Assembly (NCBI GenBank): GCA_964645005.1
Contig: CAZXYS010000006.1
Span: forward strand, 4,741 to 68,740
DNA from: an uncultured Hyphomicrobiales bacterium
Lineage (GTDB): Bacteria > Bacteroidota > Ignavibacteria > Kapaibacteriales > UBA2268
Direction: 5' to 3'
Length of the DNA stretch: 64,000 bases
Within the stretch, counting starts at the first letter, position 1. Each line of letters starts with the position of its first letter. The notes beneath the pieces are model-generated. The model saw nothing but the letters and a program-made list of their open reading frames with translations, was not told the origin of the DNA and did not search any database. Below, piece after piece: positions 18,963-28,779 of the stretch. The translations under genes and the position numbers were made by a program.

Positions 18963-21476
18963 ATGATGATCACAAAAAAATTAAATTGCTTACTCACTTC
19001 ATTAATATTAATTTTAATTTTCAGTTCAAACGCCTTCTCGGAAAACAAAAATGTAGAGCAATTCCAGTATCTTTCTCCCGTACCTGATGCTGTTTTTGTT
19101 TCACCATTTAATGATCTGATCATTAGATATGGTGAGGAGCTTGATGAATCAACCGTTAGCGCGGATCTTATCGAAGTGACTGCTTCGATTAGCGGCGTCC
19201 ACGATGGAGAAGTTATTTTACTGGAAGATAAGAAAACTATGCTCTTCCAGTTTTTCAACAGTTTCGAATATGATGATACCGTAACAGTATCATTGTTGCC
19301 GGGAATAAAGACTTCAGGCGGAGCTCCCGTACCGGAAATGACTTATACTTATTATGTATCAAGTTTCAGTTATTACTATGGGACACAAGCACCACCCGAT
19401 GATCCGACTGATAATGATATCCCTGATATTATGAAAGCAGGGGATGCAGGTAAAGTCAAAAATGACGAATTACTTTTTGACAAAACGGAATACCTCGAGA
19501 GCAGGCATCTCCCAGATGATTTTCCTCCAATGAAAGTAGATCGATACGGAGAACCCAACCCTGGATATTTGATGCTTACTCCTTTTGCCTGGAAAGATTC
19601 AGTTCTGGGTAATTATATCGTAATGATGGATAATTGGGGAACTCCTGTTTTTTATAAAAGCTATCCTGATTCCGTATTTAGCGCGGAATTCAAAATCCAT
19701 CCTAACGGTTATGTAACTTTTTTTGATGCAACTAAAAGGCACTTCGCTATTTATGACAGTTCCTTCAACAAAATCGGACACATAAAACATAGGAACGGTT
19801 ACCTGAACGATTTTCATGAACTTCTTGTCACTGAAGATAACCATAAATGGGTAATGACCTATGATCACCAGTGGGTGGATTTGACCGATTCACTCGAAGG
19901 GGGAATGCCAAACACCGAATTAGTTGGACTGATTATCCAGGAGCTTGATGAAAATGACAATGTTATCTTCCAATGGAGAAGCTGGGATAACTTTTCTATC
20001 TTTGATGCACATTTGCCAGGTGTGAGATATGATACCAATGCCTCAACTATTGATTATGTCCACGGCAATGCTATAGAAATTGAATCTGACACTGCTGTTC
20101 TTATATCCAGCAGAAATCTATCGGAGATAACAAAAATAGACCGTAGAACCGGGGAGATTATCTGGCGATTCGGTGGAAAGAACAATAGTTTCGATATTCA
20201 AAATGATGACAGAGTTCTTTCCTGGCAGCATGATTGCCGGCGATGGTCCAATGGCAATCTCTCTGCATTTGATAACGGTGTGCACCATGATAATCCTTAC
20301 TCCGGTGCTGTGGAATACAAAATTGATGAAGAAAATATGACGGCAGAATTGATATACAGACATATAATCGATGAAGATCATTTAGCTCGTGTTACGGGAA
20401 GTTCCAGGCACCTTGATAATGGCAATTTACTTGTAAGCTGGGGTTCTGCAAGATTTCCGAATATATCTGAGTATGATTCTCTTGGCAACAGAGTCCTGGA
20501 TGTTTCGTATCCTTCAATAAATTATAGAACTTATAGATATCCCTGGAAGACTACGCTATTCGGAACTGATATCGAGATGATTGATTACCAGAGTTTTGTT
20601 ATCGGCGATCCGGTTAAAAATAATATTACTTTGAGTACTGATTCATCGGATAACATTGAAATTAGCAGCTATCATACTAATTATGATGCTTTCAGTATAA
20701 CTGAAGATATCCCTCTGGATATTCCCGGAGAAGGTTCAACAGAAATTGAACTTATTTTTGATCCGCAGGAAAATGGATATTATGAAGATGTTCTAACCCT
20801 TAACCATGACTATGAGACATCTAGAATTGCCCGGCAGGTACATTTGAAAGCTATTGTTTTCAATAGTATGGATCCGGTAAGTTTAAGCTTCGAACCTCAG
20901 GATAGCTCCGAAAATGTACCGGTTGATAAGAAAATAGTGATTAATTTCTCCGAAGCTGTCCAAACCGAAGAAGGAAATAAATTAACACAATTAAATGCAG
21001 CCGGCTTTATTATGCTTGAAGACAGCGCCACCGGCGAAACTGTGCCTTTCTCCGCAACTATTTCCGGATTGAAAAAGACAATTACTGTTAAGCCTGACAA
21101 TCCTTTTGATAGTGCTTCAACTTATTATGTTGGTATCAAAGATGGATTAATGGATTACAGAGATGAAGCAGTAGTAGTTGACAGCGCTAAGTTTTCCACA
21201 CCGGAATATCCTTCCTCAATTTATGAGGAACCTGTCTCGGAAATAAAGCTTTATCCGAATCCGGCAAATGACCAAATCTATCTGGAAAATGAAAGTAATC
21301 TGCTCATTGAAAAGGTAGACATAGTGAATTCCTTTGGCAAAAAGGTCAGGCAATTACAAAATATAACCGGCACTCTCAATAAGATCGAAATGTCAGGTCA
21401 ATCTCCAGGTTTGTATTTTGTAAGGATTTTCACATTCGACGGCAAAATCTACAGATATAAATTTATCAAAAGGTGA
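18963..21476 (+). CDS. Arylsulfotransferase (ASST)-like beta-propeller protein with Ig-like domains and T9SS C-terminal sorting domain
   Basis: Central region IDRRTGEIIWRFGGKNNSFDIQNDDRVLSWQHDCRRWSNGNLSAFDNGVHH resembles the ASST family (PF05935) propeller. Signal peptide. C-terminal KLYPNPANDQIYLEN...GLYFVRIF matches a T9SS CTD. Confidence 0.55.
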   Translation: MMITKKLNCLLTSLILILIFSSNAFSENKNVEQFQYLSPVPDAVFVSPFNDLIIRYGEELDESTVSADLIEVTASISGVHDGEVILLEDKKTMLFQFFNSFEYDDTVTVSLLPGIKTSGGAPVPEMTYTYYVSSFSYYYGTQAPPDDPTDNDIPDIMKAGDAGKVKNDELLFDKTEYLESRHLPDDFPPMKVDRYGEPNPGYLMLTPFAWKDSVLGNYIVMMDNWGTPVFYKSYPDSVFSAEFKIHPNGYVTFFDATKRHFAIYDSSFNKIGHIKHRNGYLNDFHELLVTEDNHKWVMTYDHQWVDLTDSLEGGMPNTELVGLIIQELDENDNVIFQWRSWDNFSIFDAHLPGVRYDTNASTIDYVHGNAIEIESDTAVLISSRNLSEITKIDRRTGEIIWRFGGKNNSFDIQNDDRVLSWQHDCRRWSNGNLSAFDNGVHHDNPYSGAVEYKIDEENMTAELIYRHIIDEDHLARVTGSSRHLDNGNLLVSWGSARFPNISEYDSLGNRVLDVSYPSINYRTYRYPWKTTLFGTDIEMIDYQSFVIGDPVKNNITLSTDSSDNIEISSYHTNYDAFSITEDIPLDIPGEGSTEIELIFDPQENGYYEDVLTLNHDYETSRIARQVHLKAIVFNSMDPVSLSFEPQDSSENVPVDKKIVINFSEAVQTEEGNKLTQLNAAGFIMLEDSATGETVPFSATISGLKKTITVKPDNPFDSASTYYVGIKDGLMDYRDEAVVVDSAKFSTPEYPSSIYEEPVSEIKLYPNPANDQIYLENESNLLIEKVDIVNSFGKKVRQLQNITGTLNKIEMSGQSPGLYFVRIFTFDGKIYRYKFIKR

Positions 21477-21526
21477 TGAAATTGGAATTTCGGAGCTGTA
21501 AAAAATATTAATCTGCAATTCCTATA

Positions 21527-21665
21527 CATAATCAAACCGGATTTTGCATTAGGACATAAACAATCTCTTGTTCCCCCTCATCACCAGCCCTTCTCCCGCC
21601 GGGAGGAGGGTGTTAGTGATGAGGGAATTCTTATAATGAATTTTCTCATCTAACACTTTTGTAAG
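21527..21665 (+). repeat. MITE-like hairpin repeat, family 1, short copy A
   Basis: aacccggattttgcat...ccccctcatc.ccagcccttctcccgccgggag...gatgagggaattcttataatgaattttc. Related to copies at 24079-24262, 28780-28965 (reverse) and a partial copy at 53262-53320. Confidence 0.7.
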
Positions 21666-21889
21666 CAAAGGTCTCCCATAGGTTTATAAAAATCCATGGA
21701 TTATATAAGAATCCAATCCGCCCTTGCCACGCTTGAGCGTGGTTTCCGCTTGGCTATAACTGCGCTCGGACACCCCTCAAAGAGGGGAATTCAATCAGAT
21801 GTAACATCTGACGGGAAGTTCTGAGGTGAGTTAGCAGCTTTTTGCCACAAATACAATTTTTGTATTGTGAATCCGGGTTAAAAAATCCC

Positions 21890-21948
21890 CCTCTTTCTGC
21901 TTCATGAATTTTTAAAAGAGGGAGATAAAATTTAAAAAATTTTTAGAT
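21890..21948 (-). terminator. Rho-independent terminator of dxs
   Basis: On the minus strand: ctccctctttt...agaaagaggggga hairpin followed by a T-run, immediately 3' of the dxs stop. Confidence 0.45.
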
Positions 21949-23901
21949 TTATTTATAGCTGTGAACTGCTTCCGATTCTACCTTTTCAGGGATATTATAT
22001 AATTTTCTTACGTAAGAAGCTATACCCGCTGCATCCAAACCGAGTTCGTGATGCAGTTCTTCCTGCGTGCCGTGCTGGATTATTTTATCCGGTATGCCAA
22101 GGATATGCACTTCCGGTTTGAACTTCATATTTCTGTTCTGAGCATAATTCTCAAGAACAGCAGAACCGAATCCACCAATAGCCTGGGCATCCTCGACGGT
22201 GATTACTCTGTCAAAACGGACTGCTAATTCATCCAGCATCTTTCCGTCGATCGGTTTTACGAAGCGAGGATTGATCACTTCCGCAGAAACTCCATCTTTT
22301 TCAAGTTCTTCAGCGGCTTTGACTGCCTCATGGAGCATTTTTCCAAGCCCGAGTATAGCAATATCATCTCCCTCGCGGATTTTTTGGGATTTCCCAAGAG
22401 GTATTTCTTTCATTGGACCTTCCTTTACTCCCAAGCCTTCGCCACGAGGATAGCGGATTGCAGCCGGACCGCTTTTATAATGATAAATGGCGGAATAAAG
22501 CATGTCTCTCAATTCCTGTTCATTTGTCGGTGCCATAAGGATCATGCCCTGCACCACACGCAAATATGCAATATCCAGAACTCCGTGGTGTGTAGCTCCG
22601 TCGGCTCCTACAAGCCCGCCTCTGTCCAAGGCAAAGACTACGGGGAGCTTTTGCAGAGCAACATCATGCACGATGTGATCATACGCCCTTTGCAGGAAAG
22701 TTGAATATATGGCACAAACCGGCTTCATGCCCTGTTTTGCAAGCCCTGCTGCAAATGTAACAGCGTGTCCTTCAGCAATTCCTACATCAAATATCCTTTC
22801 AGGGAATTCCTCCTGAACAATATCAAGGCTTGTACCATCCGGCATTGCTGCTGTTATCCCGACAATTTTAGGATTCATTTTGCAAAGCTCGATCATGGCT
22901 TCGCCAAAAACCTTTTGATATTTTTTAGGTTTGTTGTTTTTGCCGGTTGATATTGCCTTACCGGAATCTTTATCGATCTTGCCGATAGCATGAAGAAATT
23001 TCGGGTCTTTCTCTGCCGGTGGATAGCCATAGCCTTTTTTTGTGATAGTGTGTAACAGGATTGGTCCGTTCATTTCTTTGATCAAATTGAACATCCGAAC
23101 CAGCTTCTGCACATTGTTGCCATTGTTGGGACCAAAATATTTAAAGCCGAAAGCTTCAAAAAGCATACCCGGTGTAACAACGGATTTGAAGCCTTTTTCA
23201 AATCTGGAGGCAACAAAGCGTATCCTGTCGCCGAGTTCATCCATCTTTCCGGTTAAATCCCAAATGTTGTCGCGAATTTTCTGTATCGGAGTCGATGCAA
23301 ATACCTCGTTGAAATAATTTGAAAGTGCCGAAACATTAGGTGCGATGGAAGCATCATTGTCATTAAGGACTACAGTCAGATTACGTTTCTGAACGCCGCA
23401 GTTATTCATAGCTTCAAAAGCAAGTCCTCCTGTCATAGCGCCATCGCCGATAACCGAAACCACACGGTAATCGTCTTCCTGTATATCGCGAGCTGCCGCC
23501 ATTCCGAGAGCAGCAGAGATACTTGTGCTTGCGTGACCGGCACCGAAGGTATCATATTCACTTTCGGTCGGTTTTAAAAAGCCGGATAAACCGCCTTTCT
23601 GTCTAATTGTATGTAGTTGATCCCTCCTGCCGGTGATTATCTTATGGGGATAACCCTGATGTCCGACATCCCAGATAAGCTTATCTGCAGGTGTGTCGTA
23701 AACATAGTGCAGAGCAACAGTGAGTTCCACAACTCCCAAACCGGCGCCAAAATGACCTCCGGTTTTAGTAATCGTTTCGATCAAATATTCGCGAACTTCA
23801 TCGCAAACTCTGGGTAACTCTGTAACCGGCAATTCTCTCAGATCTGCCGGTGAATTGATGTCAAACAAATATTTATAGTTGAACTTTTTTAAGTTTGCCA
23901 T
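21949..23901 (-). CDS. dxs: 1-deoxy-D-xylulose-5-phosphate synthase
   Basis: 650 aa. TPP-binding GDGAMTGGLAFEAMNN. N-terminal HxGxxLG-type motif (HFGAGLGVVELTVALHY). Transketolase-like C-terminal domain. Confidence 0.9.
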   Translation of the reverse strand: MANLKKFNYKYLFDINSPADLRELPVTELPRVCDEVREYLIETITKTGGHFGAGLGVVELTVALHYVYDTPADKLIWDVGHQGYPHKIITGRRDQLHTIRQKGGLSGFLKPTESEYDTFGAGHASTSISAALGMAAARDIQEDDYRVVSVIGDGAMTGGLAFEAMNNCGVQKRNLTVVLNDNDASIAPNVSALSNYFNEVFASTPIQKIRDNIWDLTGKMDELGDRIRFVASRFEKGFKSVVTPGMLFEAFGFKYFGPNNGNNVQKLVRMFNLIKEMNGPILLHTITKKGYGYPPAEKDPKFLHAIGKIDKDSGKAISTGKNNKPKKYQKVFGEAMIELCKMNPKIVGITAAMPDGTSLDIVQEEFPERIFDVGIAEGHAVTFAAGLAKQGMKPVCAIYSTFLQRAYDHIVHDVALQKLPVVFALDRGGLVGADGATHHGVLDIAYLRVVQGMILMAPTNEQELRDMLYSAIYHYKSGPAAIRYPRGEGLGVKEGPMKEIPLGKSQKIREGDDIAILGLGKMLHEAVKAAEELEKDGVSAEVINPRFVKPIDGKMLDELAVRFDRVITVEDAQAIGGFGSAVLENYAQNRNMKFKPEVHILGIPDKIIQHGTQEELHHELGLDAAGIASYVRKLYNIPEKVESEAVHSYK

Positions 23902-24078
23902 AGTATCCGTTTTTTAATGAACATATTGTGGTTGACTTAACTTTAGTTTTCTTGTGCCTGTTTCTTTTTAGATCGAACCAACAGTTAATTATACAATTTA
24001 CAAATTTTAGTGACGATTTATATAAGTTATATGTTTTAATGTTTTGTAATTAATTCGGATAACTGAAAAATTATTATG

Positions 24079-24262
24079 AACCCGGATTTTGCATCAGAAC
24101 AAAAACAATCTCTTATTCCCCCTCATCCTCAGCCCTTCTCCCGCCGGGAGGGGTGTAAGAATTTCTTTTTACTCTGAAAGTCCCTTCTCCACTTGGGAGA
24201 AGGGTTTTAGGAATGAGGGAATTCTTATAATGAATTTTCCGGGTTAATGCTATTTTTGTATT
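24079..24262 (+). repeat. MITE-like hairpin repeat, family 1, full-length copy B (~180 bp)
   Basis: Long imperfect palindrome ccctcatcctcagcccttctcccgccgggagg ... cccttctccacttgggagaagggttttaggaatgaggg. Lies in the dxs/pcm divergent intergenic region. Confidence 0.7.
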
Positions 24263-24399
24263 TTGAATTTGGGTTAATTCAAATTCATGCCTTTTGAGAA
24301 AAATAATTTGTATAATAGATCTAATATTTTTATAACTTTATCCTCTTTGTAAATAATTATCAAAAAAATAGTCATATTAATCAGTTCAAATAATGTAAA

Positions 24400-25149
24400 A
24401 TGTATGATATGACCCTATTAGAAAAAATTGGCAGCAAGGCTGTGCTATTCCTGTTTTTTCTGTCGAGTGTAATCAATTGCGGTAAGAGCAACGGCAATGG
24501 CGACAGTAATAGCTTCGAAAAACAGCGAATACAAATGGTGCAGGAGCAAATAAGAGCTCGTGGAATTTATGATGTGAAAATACTCGAAGCGATGCGAAAA
24601 GTTCCTCGTCATTTATTTGTACCGGAATCTTACAGAAACAGAGCCTACGGAGATTCTCCCCTTCCTATTGGAGAGGGACAGACAATATCCCAACCTTATA
24701 TCGTGGCTTTCATGTCGGAAAAGTTGAATCCGAAGAAAAATGAAAAAGTCCTTGAAATCGGCACTGGCTCAGGCTATCAGGCTGCAATTCTTGCCGAACT
24801 GTGCGACAGTGTTTTTTCCATCGAGATCTTTGAATCGCTGGGGAATAAAGCAAGGGGAACGCTCAATGAACTTGGCTGTGACAATGTTTTGGTCAAGATC
24901 GGCGACGGCTACAAAGGCTGGAAAGAACATGCCCCTTTTGATGCAATAATTGTTACCTGCTCGCCTTCTCATATCCCGGAACCTCTCAAGGAGCAGCTTG
25001 CCGAAGGGGGCAGAATGATAATCCCTGTCGGTGAAACATTTACCCAGAAATTAGTCCTGCTCACAAAGGAAGACGGAAAAATTACCAAAAATTCAGTTCT
25101 GCCGGTTCGCTTCGTACCGATGATCGATGACAGAGGTAAAAAATATTGA
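24400..25149 (+). CDS. pcm: Protein-L-isoaspartate O-methyltransferase with N-terminal lipoprotein-type signal
   Basis: MVQEQIRARGIYDVKILEAMRKVPRHLFVP...GEGQTISQPYIVAFM...VLEIGTGSGYQAAILAEL (SAM motif I). N-terminal hydrophobic segment ending in a Cys (LFLFFLSSVINCG). Confidence 0.85.
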   Translation: MYDMTLLEKIGSKAVLFLFFLSSVINCGKSNGNGDSNSFEKQRIQMVQEQIRARGIYDVKILEAMRKVPRHLFVPESYRNRAYGDSPLPIGEGQTISQPYIVAFMSEKLNPKKNEKVLEIGTGSGYQAAILAELCDSVFSIEIFESLGNKARGTLNELGCDNVLVKIGDGYKGWKEHAPFDAIIVTCSPSHIPEPLKEQLAEGGRMIIPVGETFTQKLVLLTKEDGKITKNSVLPVRFVPMIDDRGKKY

Positions 25150-25323
25150 TTTGACAAATATATAAGGTGTTAACATGAAAAAGCTATTGAGTGTTATTAT
25201 CTTATAAACTCTGATCTCCGGTAACAAAGAGTTAACGCAGCCTTAGCGATGATGAAGATACATTAGAAGCACGTGGATATTTAGGTATTTCATTAATCGG
25301 AAGGACGGCATTCCGTACTCGGG

Positions 25324-25701
25324 CTAAGGACTGACATTAGTGAGCCGGATTAGATGAGCCGGACATTCCCGGCAGTCTGAAGAACCAAAACCCTTTACCG
25401 GCACTTCGGAATTTTGTCGATTCAATAATTCTCCGTTTAGTTCACATTCAATCTTCTTTTTTGAGGGGAATTTCTTAATATCAATGATCTCAACATTGTC
25501 ATCAGCAAGTAGAAAGTCTATATGCCAGTGTTGTTTTTTGTCTTTCCGTTGATGACGTTGAACTCTCTTTTCCAGTCCTCTCATTGCACTGCCGGTATAT
25601 ACATATTTACCGGCAGGGAACCGGCATTGACCAAGTGAGCCAATTTTTACCTTGATTTCCTTTTTAATATTAATTATCAACTGATAGGCGCCGGAGTTCA
25701 T
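25324..25701 (-). CDS. DUF123 / GIY-YIG-superfamily small protein
   Basis: GAYQLIINI...GKYVYTGSAMRGLEKRVQRH...HWHIDFLL...GFGSSDCRECPAHL matches the DUF123 hallmark blocks. 4-nt overlap with the upstream SDR gene. Confidence 0.6.
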   Translation of the reverse strand: MNSGAYQLIINIKKEIKVKIGSLGQCRFPAGKYVYTGSAMRGLEKRVQRHQRKDKKQHWHIDFLLADDNVEIIDIKKFPSKKKIECELNGELLNRQNSEVPVKGFGSSDCRECPAHLIRLTNVSP

Positions 25702-26405
25702 TGATCTTTCTCTGGTTTCCAGTTTTTCATAAACAGGTCGAAAAGGAAATTAGGCAGTACCTTTACTAATTTTGTAGAAAAAGCCATGGGAAATGGGAAA
25801 CTGATTACTTGTTTTTTTCTTTGAATACCTTTTGCAATAATTTTTGCTGCCTTATCAGCTTCCATAAGAAAAGGCATGTGGAATTGATTCTTTGCTGTAA
25901 TGTTTGATTTTACAAATCCCGGTCTGATCGTGATAACTCTAATTCCATGTCTTTTCAATTCCACTCTGGCGGATTCCAGAATATATGCTGCGGCTGCTTT
26001 ACTCGCGCTGTAGGTTGACGAGCCTGGGAAGCCTCTGGCATCAGCTAAAGAACCTATACCTGCTATAATTCCTCCGCCTTGCTTTATCATAGCCGGAACT
26101 AAAAATTCCAAAGCGTAAACTATACCGTTAATATTAATATCCATCACTTTATGAAATTGGTCATTATTCCAACTTTGGAATAAATTATAGCCGCCAACTC
26201 CGGCATTGAGTATCGCCAGATCAATCCTTTCCATTATATCGAAAGCCGAATTGATAGTATCCCGAACTGCTTTCCTATCAGTTACATCGCATATTTTGTA
26301 ATGGGCTTTACCACCTTTTGAGCGTATCTTCTCACATACTTCAATGAGTGCTTTCTTGTCTCGGGCAGCCAAGAAAAGCTCGGCTCCCTGCGAGGCATAT
26401 TCCAT
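25698..26405 (-). CDS. Short-chain dehydrogenase/reductase (SDR), probably starting at a non-canonical ATT codon at 26459
   Basis: NAGVGG and YSASKAA (YxxxK) motifs. The cofactor motif TGGSKGIGKALA is encoded in-frame upstream of the first ATG, with no ATG/GTG/TTG between it and an in-frame TAA at 26481-26483. AGGTGG lies 10 nt upstream of the ATT at 26457-26459. Confidence 0.8.
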   Translation of the reverse strand: MEYASQGAELFLAARDKKALIEVCEKIRSKGGKAHYKICDVTDRKAVRDTINSAFDIMERIDLAILNAGVGGYNLFQSWNNDQFHKVMDININGIVYALEFLVPAMIKQGGGIIAGIGSLADARGFPGSSTYSASKAAAAYILESARVELKRHGIRVITIRPGFVKSNITAKNQFHMPFLMEADKAAKIIAKGIQRKKQVISFPFPMAFSTKLVKVLPNFLFDLFMKNWKPEKDQ

Positions 26406-26495
26406 TGCAAGCGCTTTGCCTATTCCTTTGGAACCGCCTGTAATAAAGACTTTTTTAATGTCGATAATTCCACCTAATATTTACCGGGATACTGA

Positions 26496-27707
26496 TTATC
26501 TCTTCTTCAATTTCATGAATTTTCTTTTTCCGACTTTGATCATTTTCTCTTCAGATAGATCAATATTATGACCGGGGTCACTGACTTTTTCCTCATCCAC
26601 GGAAACCGCATTCTGCAACAACAATGTCCGGGCTTGCTTCTTTGATGGCGCTAGACCTGTCTGAACCAGCATATCCGTAATATTGATCTCGTCTGAATCA
26701 ATTTTATACTCGGGGATATCATCAGGAATGCCTTTGTCCTGGAACATACGGTTGAATTCGTCGTGGGCTGATTTTGCGGCTTCTTTATCATAGTATAATT
26801 CAACAATTCGCATGGCTGTTTTGACTTTAGCATCACGTGGGTGGATAGTATTATTTTTCAAGCCGGCTTCCATTTCCGCTATTTCATCCTCGCCTGCGAA
26901 AGCTCCGTATCTGAAATATGGAATTATCAAATTGTCCGGTATAGACATTACTTTGCCGAACATATCTTTTGGCAATTCGGTGAGAGCTATGTAATTATCC
27001 AGAGATTTACTCATCTTCTCGACACCGCTGGTTCCTTCGAGTATAGGCATGGTGAGTATGCACTGGGCATCTTTATCGTATGCCTGTTGGACTTCGCGAG
27101 CCAGCAGGAGATTGAACTTCTGGTCAGTGCCGCCAAGCTCTACATCGGATTCTATTGCTGCGGAATCCATAGCCTGCGCCAGCGGATACAGAAACTCATG
27201 CAGGCTGATAGGCTGCCCTCCCTTATATCTCTTTTCGAAATCGTCACGCTCAAGTAACTGGGCAACCGTAACCTGGGCAGCAAGATTTATAACTTCGGCA
27301 AAGTTCATTTTTGAGAGCCACTCGGAGTTATAGCGTACCTCGAGATTATTTTTTGAAAGCACTGCAGTTGCCTGAGCAAGATAAGTCTCACCGTTGATCT
27401 TTGTTTCTTCCATGGTCAACTGTGGGCGGGTTTTATTCCTGCCGGAGGGGTCGCCGATCATAGCCGTAAAATCACCTATGATAAGCACTGCCTTATGCCC
27501 GAGATCCTGAAATTGCCTCATTTTTTGCAATACAACTGCATGCCCAAGATGTAGATCAGGCTTGCTGGGATCGCAGCCTAATTTTATGATGAGCGGTTTG
27601 TTATTTTTCTTTGAGCGTTCAAGCTTTTTCTCAAGTTCTTCTTCCGGCAGCAATTCAACTACACCGGATTTAATCACATCCATTTGCTCTTTTACCGATG
27701 GAACCAT
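26496..27707 (-). CDS. tyrS: Tyrosine--tRNA ligase
   Basis: Class I HIGH variant (PDLHLGHAVVL). KMSKS present (KMSKSLDNYI). C-terminal S4-like domain. 403 aa. Confidence 0.9.
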   Translation of the reverse strand: MVPSVKEQMDVIKSGVVELLPEEELEKKLERSKKNNKPLIIKLGCDPSKPDLHLGHAVVLQKMRQFQDLGHKAVLIIGDFTAMIGDPSGRNKTRPQLTMEETKINGETYLAQATAVLSKNNLEVRYNSEWLSKMNFAEVINLAAQVTVAQLLERDDFEKRYKGGQPISLHEFLYPLAQAMDSAAIESDVELGGTDQKFNLLLAREVQQAYDKDAQCILTMPILEGTSGVEKMSKSLDNYIALTELPKDMFGKVMSIPDNLIIPYFRYGAFAGEDEIAEMEAGLKNNTIHPRDAKVKTAMRIVELYYDKEAAKSAHDEFNRMFQDKGIPDDIPEYKIDSDEINITDMLVQTGLAPSKKQARTLLLQNAVSVDEEKVSDPGHNIDLSEEKMIKVGKRKFMKLKKR

Positions 27708-27872
27708 TTCTATATCCCAATTTTTAACATCAAAAAAACAAAATTAATAAATTTTCAGTATATTGATGAATTATGATTAGTAGTATTGCAAATAATCTAA
27801 TTTTGTTAAATACATAATTTTTGCAATATTAATAAATCTTAAAATTATTTTTAACAAAATTGGAAAATAACT

Positions 27873-28547
27873 ATGTGTGGTAGATTTGCGCTGTCGCCGC
27901 AGACTGGCGATATAGAGAAGCTGGTGCCCGGATTGCGGGTGGAAGTTGACATTCCGCCGCGGTATAATATTGCGCCGACGCAGGATGCAGCTTCAATTCT
28001 CAATGATGATCAGAAAGCGGTGAGTTACCTGCGCTGGGGGCTTATCCCATTCTGGGCGAAGGATCCGGCAATTGGCAATAGGATGATAAATGCCAGAGCG
28101 GAAACAGTTACGGAGAAACCGGCGTACAAAGGTCCGTTCAAGAAAAAGCGTTGTTTGGTGCTTGCTACGGGCTATTACGAATGGAAGAAAGAAGCGGGCA
28201 GCAAGAGGAAAATTCCTTATTTCATCAGGCTGAAGTCGCAAAAGCCGTTCACTTTTGCGGGGCTGTGGGATAACTGGACTGATGAGAACGGAAAGGATGT
28301 GCAGTCCTGCACCCTGATCACAACGGAAGCGAATGATGTTACGTCTGAAATACATCATCGGATGCCGGTCATTATTTCGCCGGAAGCGAGGATGGATTGG
28401 CTGGACAGCGTCGCTGCTGATGTAGAGAAACTTAGCAGCCTGCTGGTGCCCTACGAGGAGGAGCCGATGGAGGCTTATGAAGTTTCAGCGCTGGTGAATA
28501 ATCCGGGTAATGATACGCCGGAGTGTATCAAGCCGGTGGATGGGTGA
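27873..28547 (+). CDS. SOS response-associated peptidase (SRAP; YedK/HMCES family abasic-site processing protein)
   Basis: Begins MCGRF (catalytic Cys2). 224 aa. Conserved WGLIPFWAKD and ETVTEKPAYK blocks. Confidence 0.85.
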   Translation: MCGRFALSPQTGDIEKLVPGLRVEVDIPPRYNIAPTQDAASILNDDQKAVSYLRWGLIPFWAKDPAIGNRMINARAETVTEKPAYKGPFKKKRCLVLATGYYEWKKEAGSKRKIPYFIRLKSQKPFTFAGLWDNWTDENGKDVQSCTLITTEANDVTSEIHHRMPVIISPEARMDWLDSVAADVEKLSSLLVPYEEEPMEAYEVSALVNNPGNDTPECIKPVDG

Positions 28548-28779
28548 AAGATTAATTGGAGTGGTTCTTAAATCGTTATTGTCTATCCTTCGACATCGCC
28601 CAGCTAAAGCAGGATTTCGCTTCATAAAAAAAGTAGAGACATACCCCTGGTCTGTCACAAAAAAAAGGTTATACTTGGGTGGAGTTGAAGTGCGGCACGA
28701 TTTCCACAATTATGAAACAGCCTCATCTATAACATATTACTTTTTTATAAAAATTTTGGTATTTTTATCCCGGAAAATT

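Noticed and set aside
21700-21880. GC-rich hairpin-rich stretch (ccacgcttgagcgtgg, cccctcaaagagggg) screened as possible tRNA/ncRNA
   Set aside because: No cloverleaf-compatible arm arrangement or conserved T-loop GTTC could be found. More consistent with repeat or terminator debris adjacent to MITE copy A.
25150-25323. Intergenic segment after pcm screened for small RNA
   Set aside because: Only weak local pairing. Cannot be supported without covariance models.
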